From the human T2T-CHM13v2.0 reference genome, Homo sapiens: DNA of 64,000 bases. This document shows, one piece after another, positions 54,916 through 64,000 of the stretch. The translations under genes and the position numbers were made by a program. The stretch lies in NCBI RefSeq assembly GCF_009914755.1, contig NC_060947.1; one strand, given 5' to 3'. Positions within the stretch are counted from its first letter, which is position 1. Each line of letters opens with the position of its first letter. The notes under the pieces are model-generated. The model worked only from the letters and a program-made list of their open reading frames with translations, did no database searches and had not been told where the DNA came from.

Positions 54916-56795
54916 AGTAGAAGTTTTATTAAACACTCTAATAGCTACATGGGCAAATGACCTTTCATTTAAGGTTTTCAACATTTTCTATTAATCCTCA
55001 TCTATATTGCTGCCAGATAAACTTTAGAGTAATTCTTGTCACATCCAATGTCTTCCTGCCACCCCAATTTAAATTTTATGTGTTTCTATCAGATTTTAGC
55101 TTAATTTGTAGTAAATTATATGTCTAAAATATTAATATTCCCACCAAGAAATATAAAATTATATCTGTCCATGGATGCAAATATTCTGTTATTTTTCCAG
55201 TAAAGGCTTGTATATCACCAAATTTCATGCTAAATAAATTCACAGTAATTTCACATTTTGAACTTCTGTGGAAAATGATAGCTTTGATTTTCAATAGGTT
55301 GTTAAAAGAGAAATTAGCATTTAGAAAAATTACATTTAATTAATATTTAATTATTTCTAGGTTTTTTCTTTTCTTAATGAGCTTTGGGACTAATTTTTCC
55401 CATTAGTTATAATAGTTGTCATTGTTGATTTACTTAGTACCAAGTTGACAATATCATCTATTAATATGAATAATTTGACTTTTTTCCCCAATACTTATAC
55501 TTCCTGTTTCTTTTACTTGGCTTCTTTCACTGACTAGAATATGCAAAATAGCATTTAAAAAGAGCAGTTTTGGTAGTCATTCTAGTTATATTTCTAATTT
55601 TAATGAGGATACCTTCAATATTTCAACATTGATCACAGAGTTGGCTCTTGTTTTGAGATAGACAATATTTTTCATGCTTATAAACTATCATCTATTCTTA
55701 CATTGCTAAAAGTTTTGTTTCTACTCCTAAATTAGGGACAGATTCTTTTCATTTATCAATACTTTTTCATAACTAAAAAGTATTGTATATTTTTTCCTTC
55801 TGATCTTTACCTACAATGAAGGATGTAAATAGATTCTCTTATAGTAGGCATATATGTTTTCCTGAAATAAATCCAATTTGGCATGATAACTTCTTCTCTT
55901 ATTGGCTAAATCTGCTATGTTTTATAAGATTTGAACGTCTGTATTCCTGAGATTGGTTGATAGTTTTCAATGTGTATGCTATTTTTTTGAAGTCTCATAA
56001 TCAAGATTATAAGGGCTTTAGAACATGAACATAGAGGTTTAAATACTATTTTCATGGTTTGGAATTTTGTAAACAGATAATTCATACTTAGTTGTTTGAA
56101 AGCATTTCTCAATATAGTATTTTTGAAGTTATTTCTTGTACTGCTTTTTAAAGGTTTCTTACAGAATCAAATGTTTAGTTCTCTTATTTTCCCTTTAATC
56201 TCAAATATAAAAAAATTAAGGCTATTAATTTTCTTTGATTACAGCTTTGTTCTTATTCCAGAAGTTTTCATGTGTATTTTCCTTATTCATTAATTTTTAA
56301 ATGGCCTACTTTTTTTTTGGTTCAAGGAAAGAACACTACTTTTTCTCTCCTGTTACAAAAACAATGTATGTTTACCATAAAAAGATACAACAATAACTAT
56401 TAAGAAAAGTACAGATAACTCATTTTTTCATTAAGCAGCACCACTGCTAACATCCTGTTGTCTACTCTGAGTGTTTTTCTGTATATCTGTCTATAAAAAT
56501 CTAACGTAAATTCAATGTCCGATTCCTGTATTATCTAAAAATTATATCATATGATCTACTAATCATCTTTTCCTATTTGTTTTAAATTGCTTGCTGGTTT
56601 TGTTACATTACATTTTTTTCTAGACATTTTATAACAAAACAGATATATCAAATTAATCATATTCAATGATGTGTTGTTGCAAACATATGTTTATGAAGTC
56701 CCTGCTTCGTTGACATTTTTTTTCTTGTTCATATGGCTGGATTTTCTTTGAATTTACGGGCTTTTGTATGGGAGCTGCTATATTGTTTACAAGTT

Positions 56796-56973
56796 CAATG
56801 GCTTGCAACCTTTCCTGTGCATTATAGTCACCTGGGGAGCTTTTAAACAGCCCAGTGACTAGGTTGCCACCTAAACCAATTAAATTAGAAACTTCCCAGG
56901 TGGGACCTAGGCATCTGTAAGTTTTAAAGACTCTCGTGATGTTCTAAATATCAGCAAAGGCAGAGGACCATTG
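56796..56973. mobile_element. MER5 (A1/B-like) hAT element
   Basis: TIRs caatgg../..ccattg; 'tcacctggggagcttttaaa..ccaggtgggacctaggcatctg'. Confidence 0.8.
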
Positions 56974-58122
56974 AGCTTGTTAGAATATTTGGGAAAGGGT
57001 GTTTCTAAGATTAAAACTTAAGGCTTATGTATTTCGTAAACGCAGCTGCTTTAACAAATTAGTAAACAAGCTAATCCTAGTATCTCTAAAAAACACTAGT
57101 TTAATTTTGCCTGGAGCTGCAGTTCTCAATATATTGTCCAGCATATCCTCCATGCAGGGAAACCACTGTATACACCAATACTTATGAGGGAGGATGATTT
57201 TTCAACTGCAAATCTTTAATTGCCTTTTAGAAAATCCATCCAGTTTTCCTTAAGCAAGTTTTAGAAAGCACATACACGAGCAATTACAAATCTGGCCTTC
57301 AGCCTAACTCAAGAATTAAAAAAATAAAATCTCAAAGTGAAGTTGTATTAATTCTTTTTTTCTCCTTACTTTTATTTCATAAAAATAGACATCTTTATCA
57401 TAAAACTGGCTTCTTGACATCATTTGGGGCCACTTTCCCTCTGAAAGACAATTCTAATTGCATTTACTTGTTCTCAGAATCATACATTTTTTTAAAAATG
57501 AAAATAGTTTGTACACGAGTTGCCAAAGAATGGTCTAATTCAGTGTCAGGACAAAGATGGTCTAATTTTGCATTATTTAGTCATCTAATTAAAAACAAAA
57601 CTAGTAATAATTTAGCCATAAAGCTGTTCATTGAAGAATAAAAGCAATTGTTAATTAACTTTTCATTGAGGAAAGTCATACATTTTTCATGTTATCATAA
57701 CATTTCAAAATGCCCTGGGAAATTACAAAATTAAGGTAATGTAAATTATTGATATATTATAACTCTAACAATGAAACATTTTACCCAGGCCTCTAATGAG
57801 GATTCTCAGTTAAGGGGAGGAGCAGAGGAATGCATAAACACATGGGAGGTGGGGTGGAGCGGAAACCCAGCTTCCAGGAAGATGTTTTAGGAGAAAACAG
57901 ATTCCTAAGCTATTTGAGGTACAACAGACCGAAGGCAATGTGCAGTGCAATTTATTTCCCTAAACTTATCTGTTATAAAACTGAATCCTTAAGCTGGTTG
58001 TACAAAGTCACACAACTAGTCAGTTAATGTTCTACAAATAGCTCTTTCAGAGATTTTTCTACTAGACTTGTCACCTTATTTAAACCTTGAAACCCCACTC
58101 AAAATTGACAGTGAGAGAAACA

Positions 58123-58123
<1 letters not shown>

Positions 58124-58159
<36 letters not shown>
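58124..58159. repeat. (AC)18 microsatellite
   Basis: Read directly. Confidence 0.97.
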
Positions 58160-58160
<1 letters not shown>

Positions 58161-59257
58161 AGGGACGGAGGGAGAGAAAGTGTATTAATAGCTAAAACCC
58201 CTCTTGGCCTTGGGAAAGAAACTCTCTACCCTCTGTTAATAAGAAGTGAGAGAGCTGCCTCCTCTTTGAATAAATCAGGTTCTTTAGACAATGTAGAGTT
58301 AAGGGCTTTACTCATCACCCTGTTCTCTGGATGCCATGTAAGCTCACCAGATTCTTGTGAAACTACAGAGAATGGATTAGACAGTCCAAAACATAACAGA
58401 TTGTACTTGTGTTTGCTCTGGTAAGTGGAGCTTTAGTTTGATGTAGAGAAATAAGAGGAACCGGCATTTCTTTCACCTGGACATTATGAAAGAGAGGTAT
58501 CTGAATCATCCAATTAAGTGAGCAGGAAATCTGGAATATTGTAGGTGTTTTACATGCTCATTCTTTCTTTCTACCTGCTTAATTGTATCTGTGCTATTTC
58601 TGTTAAATGCATCTGCGGTGAACTTTGCAGTTGCTAAGGAGAGCGTTTGCCAATTCCATATGCCTAGTCTAAGGTAGGCTGAAGCTAATCTGTCATTCTG
58701 GAGAAGCAAGAGAAGCTAAGGTTTTCATAATATTTAGTTGATAAGGGATGAGAACTTTAGATACATGTTATCTCTTACTTTGCTATTTTTCCAAAAATGT
58801 ATTTGAAACACTGTTAAGCAGAGCAATAATATTTATGCAGCATTTTACATTTTTAAAGTCCTTTAAATATTACATCATGCATCAAAAATTATCGATACCA
58901 AGATGTGATTGTCTCAATTTTAGAGACGATAAAATTAAAAATAAGAGGTTCTCAAAATGTCATTATTTTATAATAACTGAACAAAAGTTTTACTTCAACA
59001 TTTAACATCAAAAACATTTTCATTTTTATTAGATCATGATGTTCTGTTTGCTCGTCACATAAAATATTTTAAAGAGATGTTTGGGGTTTAAACAGATTAA
59101 GTATTTCTATAGTGCCTTGAATTAACAAATAAAAGTAAATAATACTAAAACTACACCCATCTATTGTCTTGCTATGAAACCTAGAGGTAAAGTGTATGTG
59201 AAGTAAAACAGTATTTTTGAAGTTGTAATGTCTTACCATTGCTTCAATTAAATCGTT

Positions 59258-59261
<4 letters not shown>

Positions 59262-59288
<27 letters not shown>
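59262..59288. repeat. (AC)13 microsatellite
   Basis: Read directly. Confidence 0.95.
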
Positions 59289-59311
59289 TGCACACATAAT
59301 ATATTAGATGA

Positions 59312-59340
59312 TAGATAGATTAGATAGGTAGGTAGGTAGG

Positions 59341-59416
<76 letters not shown>

Positions 59417-59420
59417 TAGG
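59312..59420. repeat. Compound tetranucleotide STR, core [TAGG]4[TAGA]13[CAGA]6
   Basis: Counted from 59325 to 59416. Confidence 0.97.
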
Positions 59421-59927
59421 CATTTGTGATCCCCACTGAAAAAAACTGGCAAGCTTGCCTAAAAGTGAGGAGAATTATTAAGAAATAGTAAACTACCCAA
59501 GGACATTCTGTTCTTTTCCTTACACATAAATATGAACGATGGTGCTCCCCTTTGGTTCCAACTTTCTGTGTTTCATCCCCTATCATGCCACCATTGTGTT
59601 AGTGTTTCCCATTTCTCCTTTACATTCAAAGTGTTGCCTGTCCCATTTAATATTTTAATCTGAAGAAATCCTTGGGATGGGAAACACAATGGTAAAGAAT
59701 GAAGAATCGCTTTTTAAAAATACTGATGATTACAATGTATTCTTAACAAGCTTTGGATGAATTTGTATTAGTCGCCCAAACAGTTCTAAAAAAAATCAGC
59801 ATAACAGCAAATTTGACAACAATCAAAAACTCATCCTTTCTGAATATGTCCCTGAAAGAAAAGCTCAGCACTGTATGCAACTCCATCATATGGAGCCCAG
59901 AACATCTCTTTGTGGATATGTGACTAA

Positions 59928-60031
59928 AGGCAAAATAAACATCCAGTGTAAAGGTGCAGAGGCAAAATAAACATCCAGTGTAAAGGTGCAGAGGCAAAAT
60001 AAACATCCAGTGTAAAGGTGCAGAGGCAAAA
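59928..60031. repeat. Perfect 32-bp tandem repeat, 3.25 copies
   Basis: Unit aggcaaaataaacatccagtgtaaaggtgcag at 59928, 59960 and 59992. Confidence 0.97.
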
Positions 60032-60231
60032 AAAAAAAAAAAATAGAGTGGTCTATTGGAGGAAATACAGATGGACTGGTATTGCTAGTAGAACGGTGGT
60101 GAATGAAGCTAGAACTATAGCCATGAACTAGATTTTTAGAAACCAGTATCCTATACTTGGGGGTTAGATTTCATTATGTAGACAGTAGTTGTGGCAACCT
60201 ATGGGATTAAGTAGGGTCCAAAAACAAATAT

Positions 60232-60490
60232 GTAGTAGTAGTAGTAGTAGCAGCAGCAGCAGTAGTAACAGCAATGACAACATCTAGGATCTATTGAGCA
60301 CTTAAAACAGGCCAAATACTGTTTTAAGCTCTTTACTTGTATCAGCTATTTAATTCTCATAGAAATAAGTATCATTTTATCATCATTTTACAGGTGAGTG
60401 ATGAAGTATCTTGCTACACATTATGGAGGTAGTAAGTAGCAAAGCTGGAATTCAAACAGAAACCAGTGTGCCTTTACACTGCACCACCCT
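60232..60490 (-). mobile_element. MIR with (TAG)n(CAG)n tail
   Basis: 'tattgagcactta', 'cattttacaggtgag', 'gtaagtagcaaagctggaattcaaac'. Confidence 0.75.
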
Positions 60491-60864
60491 GTATGCTTAG
60501 GGAGATCACTCTGTTGGCACATTGCAGGGGGAGAAGGACATTGGAGACTGTATTCACCACGGCCATATATTGTGTGATGGTATATTTCTTGGAAAGCACA
60601 ATTCGGGAACACCATAGCAGAGAAGGCAAATATTATCAGCCTTCTTTACAGGTTAGAACATAGACTCAGAGTGTTTAAATTAATTGGCCTTACCCTTCTG
60701 AATCTTCATACACTGCACTTTCTACCCATCAGAATTACTTATTCCTATTTCCTAAGATCAGTCATTCCAGAAAAAATGAACTTTCTTCTTTTTATGAATT
60801 CAGAAGGACAGGAGACAGGTAGGCAAGACGCATGAACACAAAAGTGTCTTAAAATCTCAGAGAT

Positions 60865-60960
60865 ACATTCATTTGTGCACTTTCACTTATTCATTCATTC
60901 AGTAATCATTTATAGAGTCTTTTATGAACCATGTGCTATAAGCTAGGTCCCGGGAGTAAA
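60865..60960 (-). mobile_element. L2 3' end
   Basis: 'ttattcattcattcagtaatcatttatagagt..ccatgtgct'. Confidence 0.55.
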
Positions 60961-62120
60961 AGGCGGGAGTAAGCTGACAATTAAGTTTTCTTTTGTCCAT
61001 TGAATTTTGTCCAATTCGCAGGTGGTACTTGGTTGGTTGAACCTCCTAAAGTTACCTTCTAGCTCATGCCCCCAACTATTTGCCACTTTACAAAAACGTC
61101 ACACACACCATAAACTGAGAAAATCATCAGTCCAGGGAGGCTCATTCCTTCTGCGATGAAGAATTCCTATATTGTCGCAATATTCAGCTGACAAGCCATG
61201 GGGTAAAACTACTGTGAGCATTTCAACTTCTGATTATACCCCACCATTTTTTCTGATGGAATACAGAGAGTGGCCAAACCAGCAGCCTTCCTTCAGGCCA
61301 CATTTCCCCAGCCCAGAAGTTCCTAAAATCTTGTGGAGGCGATTCAGCTTTATATTTGACAGTTATTTATATTTCTGGCCCTACAGACTCTTTCCGAGCA
61401 AAAGCTTTTCTAGACATATAATTTTAAGGGGAAAATATCAATATTTGAAGAAAACAAGTGTGCTGGAATGTCCCTCTACCTTATGATTCATTTGTTATTC
61501 CTAGGGTGTTCTGCAGCAGGTTAAGTGGGCTATTGAACAAAGAAAACCCCAGGAATTCTGACATATTCTATTACCTTAAACTGATCGAAAATCAGCTTTT
61601 CTTCTGTTGAGATGAATTACTTGACAATCAGTAGAAAAATTCTTCCCATGGGTTTCTCCTTTCTGAAACCTTTCCCACCCCCAGTCCTCAGAAATATACT
61701 TTGGTGAGTTTCCTCTATCCCAAAGCATTATTCATATAATCCAAGAAAAACTGAAAGAGACTTGAGGACTAATTTGCAATGATCTGAGGTACCTGAAATA
61801 TTTTATTCATTTTATTTTTATATTTCTTTGAAATAAATACACTTACTATCCTAAGGGTAACTCTGATATTAAAAAGACTCACATTTATTACATATATACC
61901 AGAGCCTATATCCCCAAATAGAATTATTTATGAGAAACCTTAACGCAAATAAAGATACTAAGCCCTCGGGGCCTCTTGTGCTTTTATATTTGACATCTCC
62001 TCTTTTTAAATATTCATGTAGAATAGCCTTAAGTAGAAACTTGAAGATGTGCTAGTATAAAACATTTTCCTGAGCCACTTTATTGTTGATGGGGTGTTTT
62101 CTCAATCTGGATCTCAGTAA

Positions 62121-62492
<372 letters not shown>

Positions 62493-62897
62493 TTGTTCAG
62501 CTCCTTTAGCTTACTTTAGAGCAGTCACAGGTTGCCACTTTTCCAGCATCAGGGACAAAGTTCAGATCAATTTTATAACACGTCGATTCTAAAAATCACA
62601 GTCTCGTGGGAGGTGGAATATCTGTCACAACTCGTAACATATTTCCTACTGCTTCATGTTCCATATATTAGAAACCCATTCACCACTAATTTCCCCAAAT
62701 TTACAAGTTAAGAGTTTAAATTATAGTTTTATAAGTGAATTTATCTACTTTATTTTTCAGGTCATGGATTCTAGCTCTCATATGAAGTAAGGTCTTAATG
62801 CTTTTTATTTCTTTACCTTATGTTAAATTTCAGATTGATGAGCTTTCTAATAATATTGAAAGTTCACATTACTACCTTAGTAGAGCTTCCAAATTCA

Positions 62898-63227
<330 letters not shown>

Positions 63228-64000
63228 TTAAGCGAAGATGTGAGTAACTGTATCAGACCAGACTCATTTTTATATGTAAAAGATGAAATGGCGTTTTCTA
63301 CTCTTAATAAAGGCAAAGATGAACTAATACATAATGCAAAATGAGCACTGGAAGAGATATACAAGATGGGTAAGAGCAAAACTATCAATTTTTGTATTTT
63401 TCATTCATTCAGCAAATAATTACCAAGCAAGTCATACATACGTAAAATAGTCTTTATATTTTTTGTCCCATCTCTATGATAGTGATGAAAGTGAATGATT
63501 CTTTAAAAAAATGATAAATATTAAATATCGGCTAGATACAAAATATTATCATTGGTGTATATAACCAGAATTTAAGTTGAATCATTGGCATCAAAGATTT
63601 TAAATAGTTTGGAAAATTAAAAAATACATTGCTAGTCCCCACTTATAAGGAGCTTGAGAAGAGAAAATAAAAATACCAACAAATCAATACAGAAATATTC
63701 ACTATAGATCATGAAACTCAATGACCTGTAATAAAGTTTAAGAAAAACAATTTTATATTGCCTTGATAGAATAGCCCAAATCATCAAAGCAGAAGGAATT
63801 TTCAAAGACAGTATGCTATCATGAGAAAGACATGTGCGGAAACTAGGAAGAAGCTTGTATTCTGAATGTGTTACCAAGAGGTTACAATGAATGTAATAAA
63901 ACATCTTTTTGTGGTAAGAAATATGGAAAGACAGTAGCTGTTCTACTGCATTAATCTCCTTCCAGGTTAACAGGTGCAGCAGCAGTTGGCTTCAGAAACT

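Noticed and set aside
59069-59586. 127-aa and 88-aa ORFs with SIYL repeats
   Set aside because: They are translations of the STR
59928-60031. 32-bp repeats resembling a CRISPR array in length
   Set aside because: Units are head-to-tail with no spacers, there are no cas genes, and the DNA is primate

Overview
AT-rich, CpG-depleted primate DNA, very likely human. It looks intergenic or deep-intronic. It contains 17 Alu elements (J, S and one Y), L1 fragments (L1PA/PB/MA/ME), L2 and MIR relics, solo LTRs (LTR47, MLT1, MER41/83-group, MSTA, THE1D, LTR16, LTR33-like), DNA-transposon fossils (MER33-like, MER5, MER20, MER1, MER47A, MER58A, MER91, MER102, MER45-like) and several microsatellites. I found no credible protein-coding gene, RNA gene or CpG island. 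The supplied ORFs are Alu-, L1- or LTR-derived, low-complexity, or chance ORFs. I cannot support a new biological system here. The most interesting signals are records of DNA repair and retrotransposition: a tail-less AluY joined to its host by templated filler, an apparently older L1MA 3' end nested with a TSD inside a younger L1PA, a doubly deleted Alu, several fold-back or templated-duplication scars, and a perfect 32-bp tandem triplication. There are also a few weak regulatory and exon candidates. Repeat family names come from remembered consensus sequences and need RepeatMasker/Dfam confirmation. Boundaries of old elements are approximate.
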